Below are positions 47,931 through 57,905 of a DNA stretch of 64,000 nt, one piece after another. The position numbers were made by a program, and so were the translations under genes. This DNA comes from Myxococcota bacterium (GTDB lineage Bacteria; Myxococcota_A; UBA9160; SZUA-336), in assembly GCA_046754285.1 (NCBI GenBank), contig JBHHVJ010000015.1, positions 78 through 64,077 of the forward strand, read 5' to 3'. The notes under the pieces are model-generated. The model had not been told where the DNA came from. It made no database searches and saw only the letters and a list, made by a program, of their open reading frames with translations. Each line of letters opens with the position of its first letter. Positions within the stretch are counted from its first letter, which is position 1.

Positions 47931-49133
47931 GTGGCGCCCGAGGACTGTCTGCGGGTTGGGCTGGGTGCGGTACGGAGTCACCGACTGCGCTCGTTCCTCT
48001 CGATGCTGGGCATCGCGATCGGAATCACCGCGGTCGTGCTGCTCACCTCGATCGGGGAGGGAACGCGGCGCTACCTGATCGGAGAGTTCACGCAGTTCGG
48101 GACCAACGTGCTGCAGATCAATCCGGGCAAGACCGAAACCTTCGGACTGCCCGGCGTACTCGGCGGAACCACGCACAAGCTCACGCTCGACGATGCAGAA
48201 GCCCTGCTCCGCGTGCCCGGCGTGCAGCGCTTCGTGCCCCTGGTCTTCGCCCAAGCGCGCGTCGAGGCAGCCGGCCGCGGTCGTGCGGTGATCATTTACG
48301 GGGCCACCGCCGACCTTCCGGACGTCTGGAAGTTCCAGATCGGACAGGGGATCTTCCTGCCACCGGGAGATCCGCGGCGCGGCGCGGCGGTGGTCGTGCT
48401 CGGTCCCAAGCTCAAGCGCGAGCTCTTCGGTGAGAGCAACGCCCTGGGGAAGTTTGTGCGCATCGCCGGCACACGCCTGCGTGTGATCGGGATGATGGCG
48501 CCCAAGGGGCGCATCCTGGGCCTCGACATCGACGACTCGGCCTACCTGCCCGTCCGCACCGCGATGCGCATCTTCAACCTGGACGAGCTGGTGGAGATCG
48601 ACGTCCGGTTCACACACGAAGGAATGACCCGGAGCGTCGAGGAGGGCATCCGCCGGCTGCTCACCGAGCGGCACGGTGGACGCGAGGATTTCACCATCAC
48701 TACGCAGACCGCGATGCTCGAGGTCTTCGAGAACGTGATGGACGTGATCACCACGGCCGTAGGAGCCATCGGGGCGATCTCACTCTTGGTCGGCTCGATC
48801 GGCATCCTCACGATGATGTGGATCGGAGTGAACGAACGCGTGCGCGAGATCGGACTCATGCGCGCGCTGGGTGCGACGACCCGGGACGTCCAGCGCCTCT
48901 TCCTCTTCGAGGCTGTGCTGCTCACCTCGCTCGGAGGTCTCGTGGGCATCGCGCTGGGACTGGGGATCGCGGCGCTGCTGCGTCTGCTCGTCCCGGGCCT
49001 GCCGATCTTCACGCCGGTGGCGTACCTGCTGGCCGCGCTGGCCGTGAGCGCGGCCACCGGGTTGCTCTCCGGTGTCGCCCCGGCACGGCGCGCCGCCGCG
49101 CTCGATCCGATCGAGGCTCTGCGGACGGAATGA
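47931..49133 (+). CDS. ABC transporter permease (second FtsX/MacB-type paralog)
   Basis: GTG start 3 nt after the previous stop. Paralogous to the 46725..47927 permease (GIGIMN/GSIGILTMMWIGVNERVREIGL). Confidence 0.8.
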   Translation: MAPEDCLRVGLGAVRSHRLRSFLSMLGIAIGITAVVLLTSIGEGTRRYLIGEFTQFGTNVLQINPGKTETFGLPGVLGGTTHKLTLDDAEALLRVPGVQRFVPLVFAQARVEAAGRGRAVIIYGATADLPDVWKFQIGQGIFLPPGDPRRGAAVVVLGPKLKRELFGESNALGKFVRIAGTRLRVIGMMAPKGRILGLDIDDSAYLPVRTAMRIFNLDELVEIDVRFTHEGMTRSVEEGIRRLLTERHGGREDFTITTQTAMLEVFENVMDVITTAVGAIGAISLLVGSIGILTMMWIGVNERVREIGLMRALGATTRDVQRLFLFEAVLLTSLGGLVGIALGLGIAALLRLLVPGLPIFTPVAYLLAALAVSAATGLLSGVAPARRAAALDPIEALRTE

Positions 49134-49149
49134 GCTCGAGCCCGCGGCC

Positions 49150-49476
49150 TCAGACGGTCGCGCGGCGCAGGGCGTGCTTCAGGCGATGGATCTTGCGGCG
49201 TGCGCGTGCGGCGGCCACGCGATCCCGCGCTGCGAGAGCCGCGTCGCGCTCGGCCCGCAGCTCCCGAATCTGGGCCCGGACCGCACCCTTGTCGATCCCG
49301 ACGACCACGTGGTGCTCGTGCGCTTCGACACCCAGCGCCGTACAGAGTGCCCGCACGAGCTGCTCCTTGTGCATGGTCGTGTAGCCGTGCAGCACGTTCT
49401 GATCGCCGAGCTCCTTGGCGAGCGCCCGGAGCTCCGCCACCGTCTTCCTCTTGAGCTCCTCATAGCTATGGGCCAT
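49150..49476 (-). CDS. Rho termination factor N-terminal domain-containing small protein
   Basis: Start trimmed to MAHSYEELKRKTVAELRALAKELG (Rho_N-like helix-hairpin). RBS GGGGAGG. Basic C-terminus. 108 aa. Confidence 0.6.
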   Translation of the reverse strand: MAHSYEELKRKTVAELRALAKELGDQNVLHGYTTMHKEQLVRALCTALGVEAHEHHVVVGIDKGAVRAQIRELRAERDAALAARDRVAAARARRKIHRLKHALRRATV

Positions 49477-49516
49477 GGCAGCCTCCCCTTCTCTGCGCCG
49501 GCCCTCGGCCTGGCGC

Positions 49517-50320
49517 TCATGCCCCGGGCGCACCCCGGATGATGCGACCGGCCGTGTGTCCTCCCTCGATCGGAAAGTCCGCTCCCGTGCAGGAAGCGCT
49601 CTCGTCCGAAGCCAGGAATCCGACCAGCCGGGCGATGTCCTGCTGGCGGTCGAGAATGCTTCGCTCGCGCTGCGAGGCCAGGTAGCGCTGGCCGCGCGCG
49701 GCCAACTCCTCGACATCGATCCCCGGAGGCAGATAGGGCGCCATCATCTCGGCACTGCCCGCCTCGGGACAGACCGTGTTCACACGGATGCCATGCTTTC
49801 CGAGCTCCAGCGCTGCGACCCGAGTCATCCCCCGGATCGCCCACTTGCTCGCCGCGTAGGCCACCAGGCCGTTCTTGCCCTGGAGACCGTCGATCGAAGA
49901 GATGTTCACGATGGCCCCCGACCCAGCTCGGCGCATGGGCGCGCTGACCGTCTTGAGGCCCAAGAAAGTCCCCACCTGGTTGACGCGCACTACACGCTCG
50001 TAGTCGTCGAGTCGGGTCTCCTCGAGCGCCGCCATGTGAAGGACTCCGGCGTTGTTGACCAGGACGTCCAGAGCCCCGAAGCGCTCTTCGGTCCCACGCA
50101 CCTCACGCTGCCAGTCGGCCTCGCAGGTCACATCGAGATGCGCGTAGACCGCACGCTCGCCGAGCTCCCGGGCCAGCGCCTCACCGGGCTCGTCCAGGAT
50201 GTCCGCGATCACGACCCGGGCTCCCTCCTCAACAAAGTGGCGCGCGATCACCGCGCCGGTTCCCCGCGCGGCCCCCGTGATCAGGCTCGTCTTGCTCTCC
50301 AGCCTTCCCCGGCTCTGCAT
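49517..50320 (-). CDS. SDR family oxidoreductase
   Basis: ITGAARGTGAVIA Rossmann. NNAG. YAASK. 267 aa. Confidence 0.85.
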   Translation of the reverse strand: MQSRGRLESKTSLITGAARGTGAVIARHFVEEGARVVIADILDEPGEALARELGERAVYAHLDVTCEADWQREVRGTEERFGALDVLVNNAGVLHMAALEETRLDDYERVVRVNQVGTFLGLKTVSAPMRRAGSGAIVNISSIDGLQGKNGLVAYAASKWAIRGMTRVAALELGKHGIRVNTVCPEAGSAEMMAPYLPPGIDVEELAARGQRYLASQRERSILDRQQDIARLVGFLASDESASCTGADFPIEGGHTAGRIIRGAPGA

Positions 50321-50326
50321 GCCCCG

Positions 50327-51667
50327 TCAATCCCGGGGGAGGAGTCCCCCGAGCCCGTAGCGGTCGATCTTGTAGCGGAGTGTACCGCGCGGCATGCCCA
50401 GCCGCCTCGCTGCGCGCGTCACGTTCCCGCCAACAGCGCGCAGGACCTGCTCGATGCGGCGCCTCTCCTCGGGACCGGGCGGAGCACGGACGGCGGGCGG
50501 CGACGTGCCCGGCAGGGCGGCCGTGGGCAGGGCGGAGGGCGGCTCGAGGAGACCGTCGAGATCCTCCGCCTCCAGGGTGTCCACGCGTCTGTGCACCAGG
50601 CAGCGCTCGAGGAGGTTGAAGAGCTCACGGACGTTTCCCGGCCATGGGTGCACGCGAAGCCGTTCGTAGAAGCCGTCGCTCACCCGGGGCGACGGCACGC
50701 CGAGCTCCCGACTGATCCGTTCGAGCCCCGTGCGAACCAGCCCTGGAACGTCGTCGATTCGCTCGCGCAGCGGCGGGATGCGAATGCGAAACACGTTGAG
50801 CCGGTAGTAGAGGTCCTCTCGAAAACGACCTTCGTCCTTCTCACGGGCGAGGTCGCGGTTCGTCGCTGCGATCACGCGCGCGGTCATCTGGAGCGTCTTC
50901 GTGCCGCCGACGCGCTCGTAGCAGCGGTCCTGCATCACGCGCAGAAGCTTGGCCTGCAGGAGCGTATCGAGATCACCGATCTCATCGAGAAAGAGCGTCC
51001 CCCCCTCGGCAAGCTCGAATCGGCCGCGGCGCAGCTCACTCGCGCCCGTGAACGCACCCCGCTCGTGCCCGAAGAGCTCGCTCTCGATCACCGTCGGCGA
51101 GAGTGCTGCGCAGTCGACGTGCACAAACCGAGACCGTCGAGAGCCTGAGAGCTCGTGGATCGTCCGAGCCACGAGACCTTTGCCGGTCCCGGTCTCGCCG
51201 ATCAAGAGGACCGTGGATCGTGTGCGGGCCACAGCAGAGACCTCCCGACGAACCTCGTGCATGGCCTCGCTCTCACCGCCGATGGCCTCCGTACCGCTCG
51301 CCACCCCGGTCTCCGCCAGGTTTTCAAAGGCCATGGAGACGAGATCCTCGGTCGGGCGGGACAGCCCGATCACATCGGCGACACCCATCCGGATCAGGCG
51401 CACCACCGTTGCGGGCCTGACCTCCCGCACCAGCAGTACGAGGGGTACCGGCCGGATGCCCTTGAGCACGGCACGGACACGCTCGTAGATCGCGTCCTCG
51501 TCCCCGCGGGCCTCGAGCACGCAGAGCACGAGCGCAGCACGCCCCGGCGCAGACGCCAGTTCGTTCTCCATACGGTGAACCCGCAGACCGGCCCGTCCGG
51601 CCCGAGCGTGGAACGCCTCCCCGATCAGAGGGGAGAGACCGACGAGCAGTACGCTGCGCTCCGACAT
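50327..51667 (-). CDS. Sigma-54-dependent transcriptional activator (NtrC/bEBP family) with receiver-like N-terminal domain
   Basis: AAA+ sigma-54 interaction domain (GETGTGKGLVA, GAFTG..., ESELFGHERGAFTG). C-terminal Fis-type HTH (NVTRAARRLGMPRGTLRYKI). Start trimmed to MSERSVLLVG. Confidence 0.85.
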   Translation of the reverse strand: MSERSVLLVGLSPLIGEAFHARAGRAGLRVHRMENELASAPGRAALVLCVLEARGDEDAIYERVRAVLKGIRPVPLVLLVREVRPATVVRLIRMGVADVIGLSRPTEDLVSMAFENLAETGVASGTEAIGGESEAMHEVRREVSAVARTRSTVLLIGETGTGKGLVARTIHELSGSRRSRFVHVDCAALSPTVIESELFGHERGAFTGASELRRGRFELAEGGTLFLDEIGDLDTLLQAKLLRVMQDRCYERVGGTKTLQMTARVIAATNRDLAREKDEGRFREDLYYRLNVFRIRIPPLRERIDDVPGLVRTGLERISRELGVPSPRVSDGFYERLRVHPWPGNVRELFNLLERCLVHRRVDTLEAEDLDGLLEPPSALPTAALPGTSPPAVRAPPGPEERRRIEQVLRAVGGNVTRAARRLGMPRGTLRYKIDRYGLGGLLPRD

Positions 51668-51864
51668 TCCAGGCTTCTCGACTCGATCCCGAAGACTCCC
51701 TGGCCTTGGATTACACGGGAGCCACCTCGTCGCTGTCAATCGAAAATCGGGGGATGTCTACACGCATCCCTGTCGGTGCAGCCGTTCGCCACCCCACTTT
51801 CGCCGATTTCGGCGAACCGCTGCGGCGAGCGGCGGTGCGTGAAGCGCTAACCAGGCAGCTCGCT

Positions 51865-51880
51865 GGAACGGGACTTGCTC
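51865..51880 (+). promoter_or_regulatory. Sigma-54 (-24/-12) promoter candidate: cTGGaacgggacTTGCt
   Basis: GG and GC are spaced exactly 12 nt apart. 6/6 match to the TGG...TTGC core. Lies divergent to the adjacent sigma-54 activator gene and immediately upstream of the ABC ATPase gene. Confidence 0.6.
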
Positions 51881-51893
51881 GAGCTCGTCCCCG

Positions 51894-52619
51894 ATGGTGT
51901 CCCGTTCCTCGCGAGCCGAGCACGGCTTGGCGGTGCGTACGCGCGCGCTCGAGCACGTTTACGGGAAGGGTCACACCCGCGTCCACGCCGTCGCGGGTGT
52001 GTCGCTCGAGATCCCAGCGGGGCTTTTCGTCTGCCTCATGGGCCCGAGCGGGAGCGGCAAGAGCACGCTCCTCCATCTGCTCGCGGGCCTGCGTACGCCC
52101 ACGTCCGGCGAGGTGTGGATCGGCGGGACGTCCGTTCACTCGCTCTCGCAGGACGAGTTGGCTCGCTTCCGCCGGGCCAACGTAGGCCTCGTCTTCCAGT
52201 TCTTCAATCTCGTTCCGTCCCTCACGGTGCGCCAGAACATCGCGCTGCCGCTCCTGATGGACGGGCTCTCGCTGCGCCACGCACGCGAACGAATCGACGC
52301 GCTGGTCGAGCGGCTGCGCATCACGGCACCGACGACCCGCGACCTCGCTGAGCTCTCGGGGGGCGAGATGCAACGCGTGGCGATTGCGCGTGCTCTGATC
52401 TCGCGACCGCGCGTGCTGCTGGCCGACGAGCCAACGGGAAACCTGGACGTACGCGCGGGCGCCGAGGTGCTCACGCTGCTCCGTGAGCTCTGCGACGAGC
52501 GCGGGGTCACGGTGATTCTGATGAGTCACGACCCCGAGGCGCGGGCCTACGCCGACCGCGTCTCGACCCTCCGGGACGGACGTCTGGACGAGCCCGTCCC
52601 CCAGGAGCTCGGGACATGA
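51894..52619 (+). CDS. ABC transporter ATP-binding protein (YbbA/LolD-like)
   Basis: Walker [10 protein letters not shown]. Signature [14 protein letters not shown]. Walker [12 protein letters not shown]. The real start may be the internal TTG at about 51927 ([13 protein letters not shown]), given the promoter position. Confidence 0.85.
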   Translation: MVSRSSRAEHGLAVRTRALEHVYGKGHTRVHAVAGVSLEIPAGLFVCLMGPSGSGKSTLLHLLAGLRTPTSGEVWIGGTSVHSLSQDELARFRRANVGLVFQFFNLVPSLTVRQNIALPLLMDGLSLRHARERIDALVERLRITAPTTRDLAELSGGEMQRVAIARALISRPRVLLADEPTGNLDVRAGAEVLTLLRELCDERGVTVILMSHDPEARAYADRVSTLRDGRLDEPVPQELGT

Positions 52620-55186
52620 CGGGGGACGACACACGACTGCCCTTCGGTCTGCTCTTCTCTCTGCGCTCCCATGCGCTCCGACAGCCGACCCTGACCGCCC
52701 TGACTTTCCTCGCGATCACGAGCAGCGTGGCGCTCGCGGTCGCGCTGCGCATGAGCTCGGAGAGCATCGGAGTGGAGTTCACCCGCACGGCCCGGGCCCT
52801 CGCCGGCGAGACGGAGATCGAGGTGACGGCCGGGGCCGTCGGGCTTCCCGAGGCTCTCTTTGCCGAGGTGGAGCAGGTGCCGGGCGTCCGCTCCGCCGCG
52901 CCGGTCATCGAGGTCACCGTGCGGCACAGCGACGGCCCTCTGGCGGGGGAGGCTCTGCACATCCTGGGGGTGGATCTGCTCGCCGATGACAACGTTCGCA
53001 GCTACGCCCTGATTCGCAGGGACCTGCGCATCCGCGACGCGCCCATGCTGCTCGCCAGCCCCGAGTCGATTCTGATCAGCGAGCTCCTGGCCCGGCGTGC
53101 GGGTCTCGAGGAGCGAGACGTGCTGCACGTCCGCTCCGCCCACGGCCGGCACGATCTGGTCGTACGCGGTGTGCTCGCGGCCGGTGGGCTGGCCGACGCG
53201 TACGGAGGACAGGTAGCCGTGATGGACGTGTTCTCGCTCCAGCTCGTGCTCGGAAGAGAGGGCTGGATCGATCGCATCGACGTCGTGCTCGAGGAGGACG
53301 AGGATCCGGAGGCGGTCCTGGCCGCGCTGAACGCCCGCGTCGCAGGGCGGGCGAGTGTCCGACGCCGCGCGTCCGCGCGCTCCTACACCTCGGCAGCAAT
53401 GTCGACCCTCCGACTCGCTGCGGGCGTCTTTGCCGGCGTGGGCATTCTCGTGGCCACCCTGCTGGCGTACGGAGCGATGTCGATCTCGGTGGAGCGCCGC
53501 ACTCGCGAGTTTGCGCTGCTGCGGGCGGCGGGGCTCGAGAGCCGGCGTGTGCGCCACCTGGTCCGTCTCGACTCGTTGGTCGTCGCGGGCCTCGGCACGC
53601 TGCTCGGTCTGCCCGCCGGCGTGTGGCTCTCGGAGGCCTTCATCGCGGTGCTCTCCGGGACGTCCAGCTTCCTCGACGACGTCCCCATCGGCACGACGGA
53701 CCTCGGAGGCGACGTCCTGCTGATCGGGCTCGCCGTGGGTCTCGGCGTGAGCCTGCTCGGGAGCCTCGCTCCGGCTCGCCGCGCCTCCCTTCCCCCGCCG
53801 CTCGAGGTGCTCAGCGCGCGGGGTTCGCCCGCGCGGACCCGACGGGGCGGTCTGGCCCCGGCGCGCGTCGGGAGGTTCGTCCTCGCGGTCGCCGCGGCGC
53901 TCAGCCTCTCGCTTCCCCTCCCGCCGCTCGTGCGCAGCCTCGCGGTCTTCGGCACGGGGCTGCTGGGTGTCGTGCTGCTCCTCGATCCGCTGCTCGATCT
54001 CTTCTTTCGGGACGGCCGACCCCGCCTCGAGCGGATCGTACCGGGCGTCGGTCGCCTCGCCGGCGGCTCCCTCCGCACGCGCCGCCGGCACGCGCGCATC
54101 GCGGTCAGCTCGATCGCCGCGCTGGTCGCCGCCGTGGCGAGCATCTCCACGGTGCTCACGAGCCTGGAACGGACCGTGGATGCTTCCGCGGCCGGGACGG
54201 GAGACGCCATGATCACCGCCAGCGATCCCTTCGCAAGCCTGCAGCGTGAGCTGATCACGGCCGAGACCGCACGTGCAGTCGAAGGCACTCCAGGCGTGCG
54301 CGCGGTCTTCCACCACTTTCACACGCAGACCGTCTTTCGGGGCGAGCGGATCGGGATCAGCGCGATTTCCTCGAGGGTGATCGCAAAGCACGGTGCGCTT
54401 CCGATCGTATCGGGAGGCTCGACCGTTCGGGTCGCGCGGGGCCTCGAACGCGGCGGCGTCCTGGTCTCCGAGGCGTTTGCGCGTCACTTCGGGATCGGGT
54501 CCGGTCAGAGCCTCACCCTCGATACACCGGTGGGTCCACGCCGTTTCCCGGTCGTGGGCATCGGGCGCGACTACGCCTCGGGTCCCAGCGGATCGCTTCG
54601 CATGGACCTCGCCGTCTTCGATGCGCTCTGGCCGAGAAACGGATCCTCCAACCTGCTCGTCTGGACGGACGGTTCGCGCGAGGAAGTCCTGCGCCGCATC
54701 CAGCGCCGTGCCGGCCAGGTGCAGGCGCTCTTCTTCTTTCGCAGCGAGGAGCTCGCCCGCTTCATGCACGATCTGGTCGGGCGCTACAGCTTCCCGCTGC
54801 ACCTGCTGGGGGGCCTGATGGTGCTGCTCGGTGGAGTCGCGATCCTGAACCTGCTGATCGGCTCGGTCCTCGAGCGACGTCGCGACCTCGCGCTGCTCCG
54901 GGCCGCGGGCGCCACGTCGCGGCAGATCATGGCGCTCGTGCTCCTCGATGCCTGGATGGTCGCCGGCGTGGGGACCGGCGTCGGGATCGCCCTCGGACTC
55001 GCCTGCTCGGGCCCCATGAACGGGGTCCTCACCGAGGCCTTCGGCTGGGCCCTGCGCTACACGCTCGCCCCCGCATCACTCGCTTGGCTCGTTGCAGGGG
55101 TTCTCGCTGCCGCGACGGCGGCTGCGCTCTACCCGGGCTGGGTGGCCGTACGCTCGGACCCGCTCCGGGCGCTGGCGCCGGAGTAG
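52616..55186 (+). CDS. Large ABC transporter permease with duplicated FtsX-like domains (YbbP-like)
   Basis: 856 aa. Two FtsX-type 4-TM modules plus periplasmic domains. 4-nt overlap with the upstream ATPase gene. Confidence 0.8.
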   Translation: MTGDDTRLPFGLLFSLRSHALRQPTLTALTFLAITSSVALAVALRMSSESIGVEFTRTARALAGETEIEVTAGAVGLPEALFAEVEQVPGVRSAAPVIEVTVRHSDGPLAGEALHILGVDLLADDNVRSYALIRRDLRIRDAPMLLASPESILISELLARRAGLEERDVLHVRSAHGRHDLVVRGVLAAGGLADAYGGQVAVMDVFSLQLVLGREGWIDRIDVVLEEDEDPEAVLAALNARVAGRASVRRRASARSYTSAAMSTLRLAAGVFAGVGILVATLLAYGAMSISVERRTREFALLRAAGLESRRVRHLVRLDSLVVAGLGTLLGLPAGVWLSEAFIAVLSGTSSFLDDVPIGTTDLGGDVLLIGLAVGLGVSLLGSLAPARRASLPPPLEVLSARGSPARTRRGGLAPARVGRFVLAVAAALSLSLPLPPLVRSLAVFGTGLLGVVLLLDPLLDLFFRDGRPRLERIVPGVGRLAGGSLRTRRRHARIAVSSIAALVAAVASISTVLTSLERTVDASAAGTGDAMITASDPFASLQRELITAETARAVEGTPGVRAVFHHFHTQTVFRGERIGISAISSRVIAKHGALPIVSGGSTVRVARGLERGGVLVSEAFARHFGIGSGQSLTLDTPVGPRRFPVVGIGRDYASGPSGSLRMDLAVFDALWPRNGSSNLLVWTDGSREEVLRRIQRRAGQVQALFFFRSEELARFMHDLVGRYSFPLHLLGGLMVLLGGVAILNLLIGSVLERRRDLALLRAAGATSRQIMALVLLDAWMVAGVGTGVGIALGLACSGPMNGVLTEAFGWALRYTLAPASLAWLVAGVLAAATAAALYPGWVAVRSDPLRALAPE

Positions 55187-55309
55187 CCATGAGCGCCGAG
55201 TCCCGACCAAGCCCACGAGAGTCGTCCCAGGCGCAGCCCCTAGGTGGCGTTGTGGCAGGCGCTGGCAAGGACGATCCACAGGAGAGTCGCGGGCCAGAGC
55301 CAGTCTGCG

Positions 55310-56092
55310 ATGGAGAACGAGCGCATGAGGGGGGATCTTGCAGATCGTGTGCCAGATCGACGGCTCTGCGCGGGGGTCGAGAGGGAGAGCTCTGTGCAGC
55401 ACGCTGACCGCGGAGGAGCCACGGTCTCTGCACGGCAGCTCTCGCTCCGCTACGCCTCCAGCGCCGGGATCGTCGATGTGCTGGACGAGCTCGAGCTCGA
55501 GATCCCCGCCGGAGAGTTTCTCTGCGTGCTGGGCCCGAGCGGAACGGGGAAGACGAGCCTGCTCCATCTCATGGCGGGGCTTCTCGCACCGAACGGAGGC
55601 TGCGTCCGGATCGACGGCACCGAGATCAGCGGGCTCACGGCCGACGCGGCGGCGGTCTTCCGGCGCCGCAACATCGGGATCGTCTTCCAGTTCTTCAACC
55701 TTCTGCCCCTGCTCGATCTCGTCGAGAACGTAGCGCTGCCGCTGCTGCTCGACGGCGTCCGGCTGAAGGCGCTGCGGCCTCGGATCGATGCGCTGCTGGA
55801 GCGGCTCGGCCTGTTCGAGCGGAGCACGCACGCGGTGGACGAGCTCTCGGGCGGCGAGCTGCAGCGTGCGGCGCTGGCGCGCGCCCTGCTGATCGAGCCG
55901 AAGCTCATCCTCGCGGACGAGCCCACCGGAAACCTGGACTCCTCCAATGCAGCCAACGTGCTCCGGCTGCTGCGCGATCTCACGCGCGAGCTCGGGGTGA
56001 CGACGGTCCTGTTCACGCACGACCTCAGCGCCGTGTCCTACGCGGACCGGGTGCTCACGTTACGTGAGGGTCGAATGAGCCCGGAGGCATGA
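55310..56092 (+). CDS. ABC transporter ATP-binding protein (second, paralogous ATPase)
   Basis: Walker A GPSGTGKTS. Signature LSGGELQRAALARA. Walker [12 protein letters not shown]. Start uncertain (55310 or 55325; track ORF from 55244). Confidence 0.8.
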   Translation: MENERMRGDLADRVPDRRLCAGVERESSVQHADRGGATVSARQLSLRYASSAGIVDVLDELELEIPAGEFLCVLGPSGTGKTSLLHLMAGLLAPNGGCVRIDGTEISGLTADAAAVFRRRNIGIVFQFFNLLPLLDLVENVALPLLLDGVRLKALRPRIDALLERLGLFERSTHAVDELSGGELQRAALARALLIEPKLILADEPTGNLDSSNAANVLRLLRDLTRELGVTTVLFTHDLSAVSYADRVLTLREGRMSPEA

Positions 56093-56119
56093 GGACCGCG
56101 GCTGGCCAAATTCGGCGGT

Positions 56120-57151
56120 TCAGCCGAAATCGGCCAGCCAACGCGCACCCCGCGAAGGCCGCACGCCCCAGCCCTCCTCGAGCGCCCCGTGCTCACAGAG
56201 GGCCACGACGCAGCCACCGAAGCCCGCCCCCGTGAGGCGTGCACCCAGCACGCCGGGGATGGAGCTCAGCCGCTCGACGAGTCGGTCCAGGGGCGCACTC
56301 GAGACCTCGAAGTCGTCGCGGAGGCTGCGGTGGCTCTCGAGCATCAGGGCCCCCGCCGCAAGGAGATCACCGCCACGCAGAGCCGCGACGAAGGCGTCGA
56401 CCCGAGCGTTCTCGGTGACCACGTGACGCGCACGACGTCGGAGCACAGGGTCCTCGATGCGGTCGAGGTCGCGGAGCCGCGCTCTGCGCAACGGACCGAC
56501 GCACGCCGCAGCGGCCTCGCACTGAGCGCGCCGCTGCGCATACTCCGAGCCGGCCAGCCGCCGCGAGACGCCCGAGTGCAGCACGCGGATCTCGAGTGCC
56601 TCGGGAATCCGCACCGGCGTCAGCGTGAGCGAGGCACAGTCGATGCGAAGCGCGCAGCCCTCGACGGAGGCCGCCACGACGAGAGGGTCCATGATTCCAC
56701 ACGGTACGCCTGAGGCACGCTGCTCGGCCCGCTGACAGAGCCGGGCCAGCTCCAACGACGGTCCTTCGAAGCCGAGCGCGAGCGCGAGCGCGACGGTCAG
56801 GGAGGCGCTCGACGAGAGCCCGGCTGCGATCGGCAACGTGCTGCGAATCTCGCCGTCGAAGCCGAGCGGCGGGCGGAGCTCGCAGACGACGCCCGCCGCG
56901 TAGCGTGCCCAGGCCGGCCGCAGGCGGCTGGAGTCGTCCACCGCGAGGGGGATCCTTGCTTCCCCCTCGCACTCACGCGAGCACAGGCGCACCCAGACCC
57001 CGCCGCACACCCCCTCGACGGTCGTGCCTCGGTCGATCGCGCAGGGAAGCACCAGACCGCCGCTGTAGTCGGTGTGATCCCCGATCAGGTTGACACGCCC
57101 CGGCGCGTGGGCGCGAAGCCGCGCCCCGGCGGAGCGCGAGGCCCGGCTCAC
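56120..57151 (-). CDS. galK: Galactokinase (GHMP kinase)
   Basis: Galactokinase signature [20 protein letters not shown] motif [13 protein letters not shown]-terminal [13 protein letters not shown]. Confidence 0.8.
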   Translation of the reverse strand: MSRASRSAGARLRAHAPGRVNLIGDHTDYSGGLVLPCAIDRGTTVEGVCGGVWVRLCSRECEGEARIPLAVDDSSRLRPAWARYAAGVVCELRPPLGFDGEIRSTLPIAAGLSSSASLTVALALALGFEGPSLELARLCQRAEQRASGVPCGIMDPLVVAASVEGCALRIDCASLTLTPVRIPEALEIRVLHSGVSRRLAGSEYAQRRAQCEAAAACVGPLRRARLRDLDRIEDPVLRRRARHVVTENARVDAFVAALRGGDLLAAGALMLESHRSLRDDFEVSSAPLDRLVERLSSIPGVLGARLTGAGFGGCVVALCEHGALEEGWGVRPSRGARWLADFG

Positions 57152-57843
57152 TCCACCTCGATCGTCGCCTTGAGGATCTTCAGCTCCTCGGAAGTGCGAC
57201 CCTGACGCGACCCTCGCTCCTCGAGCTTCTTCAGCGTCTGCTTGCCTCCGACGATCTCCCCAAAGATCGTGTGCCGCCCGTCGAGGTGTGGCGTGGGAAC
57301 GAAGGTGATGAAGAACTGGCTCCCGTCCGTGCCCGGCCCGCGATTCGCCATGCTAAGCAGGCCCGGCCGATCGTGGCGCACCGACGCGTCGAACTCGCCG
57401 TCGAACTCGTAGCCCGGTCCACCGGTCCCGTTGCCGCGCGGGTCGCCTCCCTGCGCCATGAAGCCCGGGATCACACGGTGGAAACGCAGGCCGTCGTAGA
57501 AGCCCAGCCGCGTCAGGTAGATCGTGCTCGAGACGTGCATCGGAGCCACGTCCGGCCTCAAGCGGAAGACCAGAGGACCGTGGCTCGTCTCGAGCCGCCA
57601 GCGGTACGTCTTGCCGGAGCTGAAGTCGAGCTTCGACGGCCGCGGGAGCTTCTCGCGCCAACGGGCATCGCTGCGGTCAATCTTCTGCTCGCCGATAAAG
57701 GCATCGATCTGGGCCAGGGCGGGATCCATCTTTTTCTCCTTGCTCGGAGCTTGAGCGGTGGTGGAGGTCTTCTCCTCACCGGCCCCGGCCAGGGTCGCGG
57801 CGCACACAAGTCCGGCGCCGAGACCGACGATCACGATTCGATT
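57148..57843 (-). CDS. Secreted cyclophilin-type peptidyl-prolyl cis-trans isomerase
   Basis: Start trimmed to [10 protein letters not shown] (signal peptide) with [24 protein letters not shown] and [17 protein letters not shown] motifs. Confidence 0.85.
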   Translation of the reverse strand, partial: NRIVIVGLGAGLVCAATLAGAGEEKTSTTAQAPSKEKKMDPALAQIDAFIGEQKIDRSDARWREKLPRPSKLDFSSGKTYRWRLETSHGPLVFRLRPDVAPMHVSSTIYLTRLGFYDGLRFHRVIPGFMAQGGDPRGNGTGGPGYEFDGEFDASVRHDRPGLLSMANRGPGTDGSQFFITFVPTPHLDGRHTIFGEIVGGKQTLKKLEERGSRQGRTSEELKILKATIEVE

Positions 57844-57905
57844 CATGGCTGCTCTCACCTCCTCGATGTAGCGAACACGCCGGCGGTCCGAAGCCCCCGG
57901 CTCGG

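Noticed and set aside
49475-51148. 557-aa plus-strand ORF
   Set aside because: Antisense to the SDR and sigma-54 activator genes, which both have canonical motifs.
52547-54802. 751-aa minus-strand ORF
   Set aside because: Antisense to the double-FtsX permease. R/D/E/G-rich low complexity.
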